From Prasinococcaceae sp. CCMP 1430 (taxonomy: Eukaryota > Plantae > Prasinodermophyta), in the NCBI GenBank assembly GCA_013416795.1, contig RQSC01001193.1:1-51734 (forward strand): 51,734 nt of DNA. Reading direction: 5' to 3'. Of the stretch, positions 22,676 to 34,296 are shown piece by piece (within the stretch, counting starts at the first letter, position 1; each line of letters starts with the position of its first letter). The position numbers were made by a program, and so were the translations under genes. The notes below the pieces were generated by a model. The model had not been told where the DNA came from. It made no database searches and worked only from the letters and a program-made list of their open reading frames with translations.

Positions 22676-24366
22676 ACTAAGAAGGGGTTGCGGGTTAAAA
22701 GTTCGCAAACTTTGTGCGCATGCGGTTTCATATCCGAATGGGGGCCGTGTGTGGACCTCAAAATTCGTTCCGTGAAACCCTTTGTGGGTTAAAAGTTCAT
22801 AACTTTTCAATCTGATTTCATATTAATTGCAAACCCTTCACTGTTTGGGTTGCGTCGCCCTGCGATTTCGTAGGTGCTTTCCGCAGTTTTTGCCCGGCCG
22901 CACCTGCCTTCGATTTGACCTGCAGGTTTGGGTTTCGGACGCGCGCGGGCACGGCGCACGAATTCAACCTGCGACGCCGCGATGCGCGCATGCGTTTCCG
23001 TATGCCGCGACGTTTTTTCGCGCGGGACGCTTTCACGGACGTCAGCGATAAATGGCGCTTTCCGCATTTCGCGCGACCTTTTTAATGAACGGAGCGGCCG
23101 AATGGGCGGGCGAATTCCGAACCGGACGAAATCCATTAAGAAGGACGGCTTCGGCGCGGAGGAGGCCAGTGGCTTCGGCGCGAAGAAGAGGTGCGGCGCT
23201 CGCTTCCCTTACTCCCCTCCCACTGTCGGCGAGCATGCGCTGCCTCCTGCGGGCGCCGCTGACGCCGCGCGTGCGCGTTGTGCGACGATGGCCTCGCGTA
23301 TGGCCTTGGCCTTCGCACGCACCTCGCTCTCGGCACGGCCTGGGAACAGGCGCGACAATGTGGGCCAGTCCACGCCGCCAGCGACGCGCGCAGCGGCGAG
23401 CTCCTCGACGAGGACCCGAGCTCACCCATGCGCCAGTTGGCCTTGCGGGCCTTGACGAGCTCGGCGTCGGCTGCCGCGGCGTCGTTGTAAGCATCCTGTT
23501 GGCTGGCGACCTCGTCGCTGGTGAGGAAGAGGCCAGTTGCACGCACGCGCTTCCCCCTGGGGCGCTTCGCCTCGGGCGTCACTGCAGCGGGTGAGGCAAC
23601 CTCAGCGCCGCCGTCCGCGGCGCTCGCTGCTGTCATACGGTGGCGTGAGGGGCGCATGCGCGCGCCAATACTTGAGGCACTTGTGGCCGCCAACTTTCTC
23701 AGCGACCTGCTGCCACGTCCCGCGGGGAAAGTGGCCGCCTGCTGCAGCACGCCGCTGGTACGCCTCCCGGATGCCGCGTTCCATGCGGACATCGCGGGCG
23801 GCGCCCGCCTTCTTGCGCCTGGCGGCGGCGGCGGCGGGCACGGTCACCATCGCGACCCTTTGCCACCTTTCCCCGCCGTCGCGGCGGGGGGGCGTCGTCC
23901 AGAAGGGGGCGCGCACGGCGGGGGTGGGGAGGGAGGGCGCGCCGCGCCTCGCCTCTGCCGTCGCGGCGGGGGGGCGTCGTCCAGAAGGGGGCACGCACGG
24001 CGGGGGCGGGGAGGGAGGGCGCGCCGCGCCTCGCCTCTGCCCACCCGCCCACCCCCCCTGCCACTGCCAAAACCCGCGCACCTGTAGAAACGGCATGCGG
24101 TCGCCGCGTGCCCGCGCGGCGGCACCGCCCGCCCGCGCCCCCCAGAGAAAAACATGCGGAACAACACCACGAAAAGGGCTCACCCCAAATGTCGTGCATT
24201 ACAAATCCCAATATTAACCCTGCAATCTCGCCCCCACACCGCGAATTCGGGCGGCTCCGCGCAACTTTACGAAAGGCCCAAACCCTAAAACCCAAAAGTC
24301 ACAGATGCATTTTCATCTCCGCGAACTTTTAACCCCGCGAACTTTTAACCCGCAACCCTTCTTAGT
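22676..24366. mobile_element. 1691-bp non-autonomous DNA transposon-like element with 30/31-bp terminal inverted repeats
   Basis: Left 22676-22706 actaagaaggggttgcgggttaaaagttcgc is the reverse complement of right 24337-24366 except for one homopolymer indel. The core gggttaaaagttc recurs at 22786-22798 and as a 16-bp tandem at 24320-24351. The ends are AT-richer than the flanking genes. Confidence 0.8.
23875..24041. repeat. 82-bp near-perfect tandem duplication inside the TIR element
   Basis: Units start at 23875 and 23957 (gccgtcgcggcgggggggcgtcgtccagaagggg...gcctcgcctct). Confidence 0.9.
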
Positions 24367-24892
24367 ACGAGTCTCTCACTAGTAGTACTGGACTAGTCGC
24401 CGCCCTTCGTTGTGACGGCGCTGAGAAGGGCCTCGGAATGATCGCCCGTGGGCGATGCGATCGGCGCTCTGCTCTCCGCGAGCGCGCGGAAGGACGAAGC
24501 GCATGTGTTTTGTTTGAAATCATCGCCCTCGCCAGGCGGATTTACGCCCGCCTCAAAATCGTTCCAGCGCGCGCGCCGCTTGGCAGGTGCGCCCAGTTTT
24601 ACCCGCGCCACTCATAGAGCATTTCCGCACCTCCGCCGCTGCAGCGAGGCGAGGCGCCGTCGGTCGGTCGGCGAGGGGGGGCCAAAATTCAGCCGTGTTA
24701 GGGTTTCGGGACTTTTTCAATGGCATTTGATATGCATTACATACTGTACGTACTGTACCGTATCAGTTTGCACTCGGGATCTGAGTTGGTTAGGGTGTAG
24801 GGTTCATGGTCAGGATTGGCATGGCTCGCCCGAACTGCTTCGGCTGAGGCCTCGGAGGGCGTCAGGTCAGAAGAGGGCGCACCCGGGTCGAA

Positions 24893-26590
24893 TTGGGGTT
24901 GAATCAGGAGTTAAATGAGGGTGTGCTTTGGCATCGTAAGGTATCTTCTCGTGCATGCGTGGATAACGCCCCTCTGCTGCGTGGGAGCAGGGGGGGCGCC
25001 GCCTCCCCTCCCCTCCCCTCCCCTCCCCCTCCCCTCCCTTCCCGTCCGCTTCCTCTCCCCTTCCCCTTCCGCTTTGTTGCCGGTCGCCGCGGCGCAGCGT
25101 GCGGAGCCGCGGCGGGGCGCGCCACAGCGCGCGCGGGGGAGCGGGGGTGCTATGAAGGGGGCGTCGATGGCGGCGACGGCAGTGGGGGCGCCCTCGGCGC
25201 GACGGCCGTGGCGTTCACGGCCGTGGGCGCGCTCTGCGCGGCGGGCGACGTACCCCGCGGCGAGGCGCTCGCGTTCGCGGTGCCGACGGCGGTGTGTTGC
25301 CTCGCGCCGGCGGTCATGTCGGCGGTCGACACTGCCTTCGTGGGCACGTGCAGCGGCGTCCTGGACCTCGCGGCGATGGGGCCCGCCGTGATGGTGGCGG
25401 ACCTGACCGCCATTGCCCTCGGGTGGCACAGCGGCGCGACGCTCAACTACGGCCTGCGCGCCCCGAACGACGCGGCCAAGCGACGGGTGTTCTCGGCGAG
25501 CCTGGCCATCGCGGCCATGATGGGAGTCGGCGTGATGGTGTGGCACCTGTGCGCCGCGGAGTCGCTCGTGGGCGCCTTCCGCCCGAGCCCCGAGCTGGTG
25601 CCCGCCGCCGCGGAGTACGTGCGCGTGCGTGCGTGGGGCCTCCCGCTGCTGTGCCTCTCCAACGCCTTCTACGGCATGTGCGCCGCCCGAAAGGACGCCG
25701 TGACCCCGATGCTCGTCGCGGGCGTGAGCTGCGCCGTGAACGGCATCGGCGACTGGCTGTGCGTGCGCGTGTGGGGCATGGGCGTGGGCGGCGCCGCATG
25801 GGCCACCATGCTCAGCCAGGCGTTCGCGCCGCTCGCCTACCTGTGCATCCGCTCGCTCCGGCGCGACCTGCAGGGACTGCGGTGGCCCGCGCGCGCCGAC
25901 TTCGCGCCCTTCGCGCGCTTCGCTGCGCCAGTGCTCTTCGTGACGCTCAGCACGCTGTCCATGTTTGCGGTGCAACAGTGGTACGCCTCCCAGCTGGGCG
26001 TGCAGCTGGCGGCGGCGCACAAGGTGGCGGTGGGCGTCTTCGCGGTGGCAGCCTTCCTGGGCGACCCGCTCAGCCTGACCGCGCAGGCGTACCTCCCGGG
26101 CCTCATCAAGCGCGCCGATGGCTCCGCGAGGCGCTTCGCGCTGTGGCTGTGCGGCGCGAGTGCGGCAATGGGCGCGGTGGCAGGGCTGGCCATCACGCTC
26201 TGCCTGACAGTGTTCGGCGCGAGCTTCAGCGCCGACGCGGAGGTGCGCGTTCTAGCGGCGGCGGTCGTTCCGCAGGCGGTGCTGAGCGTCGTGGTGATGC
26301 TCCCCGCGCGCGCACTCAACGGCGCGGCGGTTGCGTGTGGCGATCTCCTATTCTACGCTGGTGCCACGGCAGTGAACGCGCTGGGCTTCGCGGTAGCCCT
26401 CGGCGCGCTCCACGCGGTGGGCGGGCAGGGCGCGCAAGGCCTTGGGGGCATGTGGTGGGGCACGGTGCTGTTCTACGCGCTGGGCCTCGTGCAGTTCGCT
26501 CTGCGGCTGCTCGCGCGGCGCAGGAGCCCGCTGTCCGCGGGCGCCGGAGTTCGCAGGGTGGCTGCGGCCGCATCGGCCAGTGGTGCATAG
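24893..26590 (+). CDS. MATE efflux family transporter, EDS5/DTX46-like; true start unresolved
   Basis: About 12 hydrophobic segments. VMSAVDTAFVG...LAAMGPA, AAEYVRVRAWGLP, KDAVTPM, VNGIGDWL...GVGGAAWATMLSQ. The ORF-track start is a TTG and no in-frame ATG was seen. Confidence 0.88.
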   Translation: MGLNQELNEGVLWHRKVSSRACVDNAPLLRGSRGGAASPPLPSPPPPLPSRPLPLPFPFRFVAGRRGAACGAAAGRATARAGERGCYEGGVDGGDGSGGALGATAVAFTAVGALCAAGDVPRGEALAFAVPTAVCCLAPAVMSAVDTAFVGTCSGVLDLAAMGPAVMVADLTAIALGWHSGATLNYGLRAPNDAAKRRVFSASLAIAAMMGVGVMVWHLCAAESLVGAFRPSPELVPAAAEYVRVRAWGLPLLCLSNAFYGMCAARKDAVTPMLVAGVSCAVNGIGDWLCVRVWGMGVGGAAWATMLSQAFAPLAYLCIRSLRRDLQGLRWPARADFAPFARFAAPVLFVTLSTLSMFAVQQWYASQLGVQLAAAHKVAVGVFAVAAFLGDPLSLTAQAYLPGLIKRADGSARRFALWLCGASAAMGAVAGLAITLCLTVFGASFSADAEVRVLAAAVVPQAVLSVVVMLPARALNGAAVACGDLLFYAGATAVNALGFAVALGALHAVGGQGAQGLGGMWWGTVLFYALGLVQFALRLLARRRSPLSAGAGVRRVAAAASASGA

Positions 26591-26685
26591 CGAGCCCAAC
26601 CCCACCTCGGAAAGCAAGTAATATTATTGTTCCCCTCTCGCCGCGGGCCAGCGTGCACGAGTGTGCGGTCGTGCGGGAAGTGCGC

Positions 26686-29600
26686 CTACTGCTTCTTGCC
26701 GCCGCGCGGTCCACCCTTGAGGTTGTGCCAGAAGCCCTTCTTGCTCGGAGTGCGCGCGCTCGGTGACGGCTTCGGCCTCATCGAAGCGACGGCAGCAGAG
26801 CTCGATGGCGTGCCCGGCGCACCGACGACGCCCGGCACCGACAGCGCGGCTGACGCTTTTGGCAACGGGCTCCCGGGGCTCGGCGCCATCTGGGCGTGAT
26901 AGTTGCTGGGTGCCGGCGACGGCGGCACCGCCGAAGCGCCCTCGGCACGCAGCCTCTCCACGCCGCCGTTGAGAGCCCTGCCCGCGGCACCCACCTTGTC
27001 GGCGCCCGCCGCCGGCTTGGCGGGGCTCGCCTCGCCCCCACCTGGGGCGGTAGCCGGCAGCGTAAAGGGGGGGAGAGTGCCCTCAGCCTCGCTCCCGACG
27101 ACGGGCGGCACACCAATGCCGAAATTGTTTTCGCCACGGACTGCCGCGAGCGCGGCCGTGCCGGTGCGCCCCGACAGACCGTCGAAGCCCACCAAGGGAC
27201 CGTTGCGGCCGTCCCATGAATCCACGCTGTTCCTGTGGCTGACGGCGCTGCCCGTTTCGTCTCCCGAGCCCACATCGCCGCCGCCGTCGCTGCTGCTGCC
27301 ATCCTTGCTGCCGTCCCACCACTTGTTGAGCACGCCGAACGATAGCTTCTTGCTCATGACCGACTGCTCCACATCGTCGGCGCCGTCGACGATCTCAGCA
27401 AAGGCCTGCAGCACGGCCAGCGCGTCCTCGGAGTTCCCGACGTAGTATTTGCCGAGTGAGGTGCGCCTCCCCACCGTCACGGTGTAGAGCTTGGGCGCCG
27501 GCCCGAACAGGTCCGTCCGCCATGTCATACGCCTGCGCCCAAGCAATGCTGCCGCGCGTTCGGCCGTCGCACCGTTCGCCTGGTCGTCACCGGTCGAAGT
27601 GCACGCCGTGAGCAGCTCCATCTTGACCATTGGCCACTCATCCTCGCTGATCTGCCTGCCGTGATACGACACGCGAAACTCGTTGAGTACTTCTGCGCCC
27701 TCCGTGTTGATTAGTGCCTTGTGAACCGAGAAGCCCAGCCGGCCCATAGCTGTTGTCAGGTCACGCAGCAGCTCCGACCGATCCTTGCCCCTGATCTTTA
27801 CGATGGAGTAGGCCCCGCCGCCTTCGGAGGGCTGCGCTTCAGGCTCGCCGTTGCTAAGCGAGATGTCGTACGCCGAGGACGACGAAGACGCCATTGACTT
27901 GGGCGCGGCGCCGTCAGCCGCGAGCTCGCCGGCCTCCGCGGAGGCGGGCACATCTCCGGTACTGGGCGCGAGGGACGCTGCCATTTGGGCATCGAGCGCG
28001 GCCAGCGGCCTCGGCGGCGACGGCGGATCCGCACTGGCTGCGCCGAGATCTCCGGCCTCCGCCGCCGCGCTGGCTGGGCTCGCTTCGGTCGCATCGCACT
28101 CGAAGTAGCTGAAGAGGTCCTCGTCCTTGCTGAGAAAGTGCCCCATGACGAACACGTAATCGAAGAGCGACGTTCTGGGGCAGGCGCTTTGGGGCGCGCT
28201 CTCCGCGCCCATCTGCGCTCCGTCCTCGGGCCCGTGCACAGATTTGTCGCCCTCGTGCAGGTGGGGCGCAATCTCGCTGAGGATTTTCTCCAGCGCGATG
28301 CCCTTGCTGATGCCAACGGGGCGCACCTCCACACTTCGCGCGCCCTGGAAAACGTCCACTGCAGAATTCGAAATCGGGCCCGTCCACAGGTGCTGGAGCA
28401 TGTCGCGGGCCTGCGCGCGGCCGAACTCGGGGTCGCTGTGCTTGTACGACCATACGATGGACGTCTCCCTCGTGTGTACTGTCGAGCGCGGCGTGCGCTC
28501 ACAGAAGTAGTCCATGACCATCTGTACGCTCTCGATCCAGCCCAGGTTGAGCGTGCTCGGGTGGTGGATCGCGCGCCAGACAGCGCCACGCTCGGGGGGG
28601 CGCAGGAATACGCCATTTTCCGCCGCGAGCCACACCGGCAGGTCACCCATGAGATCCTCGATCGTGTGTCGCTCCGAGCCCGTGAACACGAGCACCGTGG
28701 TGCAGGGGTCCGCGGCAAGCCGTGAGAGCAGCTCCTTCGCAGCCGGGTGCATGCGCGTGCGCCCCTTGACAGTGTCGTACCTCCGCTTGCCGTCGCGCTG
28801 CTCCATGGAGCTGGTCGTGAGCGTGCCGTTGTAGCCGATGAGGACCAGCCGACGCTTTGCTCCACTGAAGGCGTCGACAGCCTCGTTGTACGGGAGTGGC
28901 ATCGTGTACGACGCCGTTCGTAGCTGCTCCTCAACGTGCGTGTCGTTGAGCTCGCTGACAAAGTTGTCCGCCCACGCCTGTGCTGTGTGGGCGACCACGT
29001 GTGCGAAGTTGTGCCTGTGGCGCTCCTCGCGCTCCTCTTCGGACATCGTGAGCGCCTCCTTGATCCCGTGCGACATGTCGGTCACGTCCCACGGGTTCAC
29101 GAGAATAGCGCCGGCGCCCAGGCTCTGCGCAGCGCCCGCGAACTCGCTCAGCATCAGCACACCCTTCTTGGAGCCCGTGTGGCACGCCACGTACTCGTAG
29201 CTCACCAGATTCATGCCGTCGCGCAGCGACGTCACGAGCGCCAGGTCGGTGACCGCGTACAGAGCGCACAGCTCGTGGAAGGGCATCGAGCGATCAAGGT
29301 GGTGGATCGGCACGCTGTCCAGCGTGCCGAAGCGCCCGTTGACTCGCCCCACGATCTCGTGCACCTGGGAACGCAGCGCCTTGTATTCAGGCACGTCCAC
29401 GCGCGTGGGTACCGCGATCTGCACGAGCAAGACGCGCGAGCGCCACTCGGGGTTCTCCTCGAGGAACTTCTCGAACGCCAGGAGCTTCTGTGGGATGCCC
29501 TTGATGACGTCGAGCCTGTCCACGCCGAGCATGACTTTCTTGCCCGCGAAGCGCTCGCGCAGCATGTGCACGTGCTGCCGCACGGGCTCCGTCCGCAGTG

Positions 29601-31301
29601 TTTGCCAGAACCTCTCCGGATCGATGCCGATGGGAAAGGCGCACACGCGTATCACACGCCCGTTGTCCTCGACGCCGGCCGGCGTCCCCTCGAGCCCCAG
29701 GATGCGCGTGCAGGCGCTCACGAAGTGGCGCGCGTAGTCGTACGTGTGGAAGCCCGTGAGGTCGGCGTGCAGCACGCCGCGCAGGATCTCCGAGCGCAGC
29801 GGCAGCGTGCGGAAGATCTCGCTCGACGGAAACGGCGTGTGCAAGAACCATCCCACCTTCATGCTCGGGCGCATTTCTTTCAGGTATTGCGGCAACATGC
29901 ACAGGTGGTAGTCGTGGCACCACACGACATCTCCCTCCCTGTACACCGTGAGCACCGCGCGGCTGAAGAGCCGGTTCGCCCGCTGGTACGCAGACCACTG
30001 TGAGCGCGCCGTCTGCGCAGCGTCAAGCTTCTCATGCGTGGGCAGCGGGATGTAGTGGAAGAGCGGCCAAAGCACGTTGTTGCTGTAGCCATTGTAATAC
30101 AGCTCGTACGTGCGGGCGTCCACGAACACCGGCAGGCACCCCTTGCTCGCCAGCGCCGCCGTGAGCTTCCGCTGCTCCACCGGGTCGCTCACCTCGACGC
30201 CTGGATGGCCGATCCACGTCGTGTCGTAGTTGTCGCGCACACCCATCAGCGCGCTCACCAGCCCGCCCGCGTTGCCTGTGAGCTTCCATCCGCCGTCCGG
30301 GCGCCGCTCCGCGCTCACCGGCAGGCGGTTCGCCACCACGAGGAGCCGCTGGCGGGGTTGCGGCGGGGCACCCAGCGGCAGCGATCCATCCGCCCCGTGC
30401 GCCGCGCCTCCGCCGACGACGCTGGCGGTGCGCGGCGAGCTCATTGCGCCGACGCGGCCCCCTTGGACGAGGCTGCCCGCTCGCACGCGCACGGACGAGC
30501 CCGAGCCGTTCGAACTCGCGAGGGAGCCGTTGTTCTGCAGAGCACGCAGCGCCTGCTGCGCCTCGATGAGCCGTGAGAGATCCTCCGCGCTCGAGCTCGG
30601 CGTGGGCTGCGCGAGGTCGTCGCCGCTGGACGAGGTGCGCATGCTCCGCCCCACCGACGCCGAGCGGCGCATGCGCTCCGAGATGAGGCGCTCCACGCGG
30701 CTCGTCGAGATGTAGTTGCTCCTGCTCCGACCGGCGCCGGGAGGAGCGGCGGGGCATCCGTGTGTCAGCACCACGAGGGCACACTCGCCCGCGCATGCGC
30801 GCGCGCGCGCGCACGCGCGAGGCAAGGGGGCGGCGCTAGCGCCACGCACATGTTGGAGAGCGACTGGTCCGACGGCAGCGACGCGGACAGCACCGACGCC
30901 GTGCGGGGCAACCCCGGCGTACCCAGCAGCTCAATGCCGTTCCCGCCTCCACCCCACGCCCCCACGAGCGACGCCACGCTGCCGTCGCGGCTCATGCTCA
31001 TGTTGCGCGCTTGCTCGAACGACAGCCTTGGCGCGAACGCGCCGCCCGCCGCCGCCGCGCGCCCATCCGGCGTCGAGCGCCGCCGCTCCCCCAGCAGGCC
31101 GGCGAGGCTGCCTGACGAGCCCACCCCGCCATGCGCCGCGTACACGTGGTCGTCCACGCCACCTCCTGCGACCGCCCCCTTGAATATTTCCGCGATGCCG
31201 CTCATCGAGTTGCTCGCCGGGCCGCTCTCGCTGCCGCCAGCGCTGCCACCCCCATTGTCACCCTCGACGGCGATGCCAGGCACGATGAACGGGCGCGACA
31301 T
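26686..31301 (-). CDS. TPS1: Class I trehalose-6-phosphate synthase (GT20 + TPP-like HAD domain) with an inserted ACT-like domain; complement(join(26686..30721,30850..31301)), 1495 aa
   Basis: SRVERL N-terminal motif, RLLVVANRLP, VWCHDYHL, GWFLHTPFPSSE, GVDRLDVIKGIPQK, RDGMNLVSYEYV, LSEFAGAAQSLG, and GYNGTL (degenerate HAD motif I). Intron 30722..30849 (gtgcgt...gcag) joins the two ORFs in phase. Confidence 0.95.
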
Positions 31302-31985
31302 GGCGCCGCCGGCCGCCGGCGCGCCCCGCCGGCGTGGTGTGCAGCGCCCTGCGTACCGCCGCGCCGCACAGCGCGCTCGCCCGCCTCCGCACCGGCGCGA
31401 CGACGAGGTCCCACGGTCCCAGGCCGCGGGTGCGGACGTGGGTGGGTGGGGTGGGGGGGGGGTGGGGGGGGACTACCCCTTTGTACCTGTCCCCCCCCCC
31501 CACCGCGTCCCCGCGCGTCCGCCCGCACCGCACGCTCGCGCCCCCGCACGCGCGCGCGTCCCACCCCCAAAAAAATGCGACACGCACCCCAAAAAAAAAC
31601 GCCGGAGTAGAACGCGGCGCCCGGCCCGGCATTTGACCCAAAAACGAGTGCGTCCCGCGCGGGCACCCCGCCCTTTCATGCTCCTCGTCATCCGCAAATG
31701 ATCCGCCGTGCAGCACCACCGACGGCACACGCGGGAAAAAGGGTTGCAAAACGACCAGAAAGGGAAAAAAAAAAAAACGTTTGGGTGTTGTGCGGTGCTG
31801 CGCGGGGCGCTGCACAGATCGAGAGATTCACACGGCCTTCGTGCGCTTATTGGGGTTTGTTTATTAGGGTTTGTAACAAGGGCGTGGTGTGTGCGCGCGC
31901 GCGCGCGCGCGCTGCGGGGCGAGCGGGCGGCGGGGTCGGGCGTGCCACTCGGCGGCCGGGCGGCGCAAGGCGCGCCTGGCGCGGA

Positions 31986-32020
<35 letters not shown>

Positions 32021-32061
32021 CGTGCGTGCGCGTGCGTGTGTCCGCGCGCGGGGGGCGCCCG

Positions 32062-34231
32062 ATGGACTCGCCGCCGCTGTCGCCGCGAGGCGGCGGGGCG
32101 ACGTTCAGGGGTGGCGGGGAGGGGGGCTCGCGAGCGCAGGAGCAGCAGCAGCAGCGCGATCCCGAGGACGAACGGCACCAGCAGCAGCGGCGGCGGCAGT
32201 GGGAGGATGAGGACCACGAGGGGAGAGAAATGAGATGGCAACAGCGGCAGGAGGAGCGTGGCAGCGATGGAGAAGGGGCGCCCGCGCGAAGTCGGCACGT
32301 ACGCCCCTCGCAGCCTTCTGGCAGGCGCCAACGACCACAGCTCGCGGCGCGCTTTGCCGAGTCTGGCGCGCTCGCGCTCGCGGCATGCTTCGCGTTCTAC
32401 GCCGCGCACATGCACCGCGCCGTGCGTGTGGCCGGGGGCGGCACGGGCTGCGCTTCCGCGCTGCTCGCCGCGCAGCCGCTCGCAGCCAGCGCCGACATTG
32501 TCGAGATACGCGTCATGCCGTCGGCCCTGCACGGCCTAGCGGACGTACGGGCGCACCTGGGCGGTGGTGGCGGAGGCAGCGGCGCCAGGCGCGTGGCAGC
32601 GGCGATGACGACGCTCACGGATGCGCTCTCGCCGCTCACGCAATGGAGGACGCTCTTCAGTGGCGGCGACGGGGCGGGAAGACGAAGTGAGCGCGCACGG
32701 CACGAGAGCCGGAGCGGCAGGGGTCGCACGGGCGGCAGCGAGGCGTTGCTCGAGGCCGCCGCCGTCGAGGCCTGGGAAGGTGCCGACCCATCCGACGTGG
32801 ATGCGCCCGCTGTCATCATCGATTCGCTCGCGAACGCGTGGCACGAGCTCGGCTTGGAGCGGTCTGCGCTCGGCGGCGGCGCGGAGGAGGGCGCGCCCCT
32901 GTCGTCGCTGCCACGCGCGGGTGCGTCTTCCACTGTGCTGCCGCAACCGGACTTCGGCGCTGTGAATGCGCGCAATGCCGCGGCGCTGCGCGAGCGCGTA
33001 CCGGCTGGGCTCGAGTGGCTCGCCCGGGGCGACGAGAGCGTTGACGCCGCGCTGCACGCATTCGATGAAGTCTACGTGTACGCTGCCTCCCGGGGATACT
33101 TCCAACTGAGTGTGAACGCGAAGGAGAAGCACGGCATTGAAACGGTCGTCGCTGGCCTGCCGAGCGATTTGGCGTGCTGGGGCGGCACCATTGCCGAGGC
33201 GGCGATGGAGGCGCTCAGCGGCTACGAGAGCGCTCTCTTCGTGGCGCTCTTGGCTGTCCGCGGGGCAGAGGGCGACCTGTTCTCGCACACGAGCTGGCTG
33301 ATGCACTCGCTGGGAGAGGGGGGCGCGGCGCAGGAAATTCACGGCCTGGTCGCTGCACTGGGCATCCAGGGCGGGTGGGCACGCACGGCGGAGTGGCTGG
33401 CCAACAGGGCGGTGCTGGTGCTTACAGCTCTCTACGTACTTGTTGGGACGGCGCTCGCGGTTGGCATCACACTTCGAGAGACCCAGTCACGCATACTGCG
33501 CCTCGCGGTGGCCACGCGTGACGCGGGGAGCGTGCGCTCCGCGCCTCCGCCTGTGCCGCGTGTGTCGCCGGCGCTCGTGCGCGCGCTCGGAGAGGAGCGT
33601 GCACAGGCCCGCGCACGCGAGCAGGCGCGCCACAGCCACACCCTCATGCGCTCACGCCTCATGCGCTCGTGCATTTCGCACGGCATCGAGTCGCTCGTCT
33701 TCGTGCCACTCATGCTCGGCACACTCCTCTTCCTGCACGAGTTCTTCGCGCGTGACCAGGTGCTGGCGTTCTTGGTCCTGACGCTGACGTGGCTGGCAGA
33801 GTACGTGCGCGCGTGACAGTGAGCCCTCGCGTGAGCGCGTGCGAACGCGCGCTCGCCCAAACGTGTCGCTGACAGTGCCCGACCGGATTGCCTTGATTTG
33901 CGCGACCAGTCTCTACACCCTATTGTACGCTCGCACGTCGGTCACCTCCGCGTACTTTTCGCGGCTCTACTTCGTCTACAGTGCCGCCTTTCATGTGTAC
34001 GCGCTAGCAGTGCCCCACGGCTTCACGTACAGCGCCTTCTTTGCGAGTGCCTTCCTCAGCGTGCATGCCGCGATGTGGCTTTTCAGGCGCATCGAGAGGC
34101 AGAACACGTCCGAGAGGCAGCGGAGCCTCGAAATGGGGGGAGTCCCCGTGGTCGGTTTCGTCCCATTCACTGGGTTCCTGCGAATGTCGGGCGAGCGCAT
34201 CGACATCTCGGTGGAGAGCATGCGATTGTGA
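32062..34231 (+). CDS. TMEM259: Membralin (TMEM259)-like ER membrane protein; join(32062..33800,33910..34231)
   Basis: YAASRGYFQLS, TLRETQ, GIESLVFVPLMLGTLLFLHEFF..DQVLAFLVL, and the spliced WLADLYTLLYART...AYFSRLYF match recalled plant and animal membralin blocks. Confidence 0.85.
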
Positions 34232-34296
34232 CTCGTTTGCGGGTGTGATAATTGTTTCATACTGTATATACTTCGATGCAAGTCTACAGCGAGGAG

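Noticed and set aside
14116-24351. 31-bp, 82-bp and 16-bp direct repeats as CRISPR arrays
   Set aside because: Two adjacent copies each with no spacers, no cas genes, and a eukaryotic context.
31984-32040. (GT)n/(GC)n/(GCGT)n microsatellites (also 17335-17355, 41880-41925)
   Set aside because: Ordinary simple repeats in UTR or intergenic DNA.
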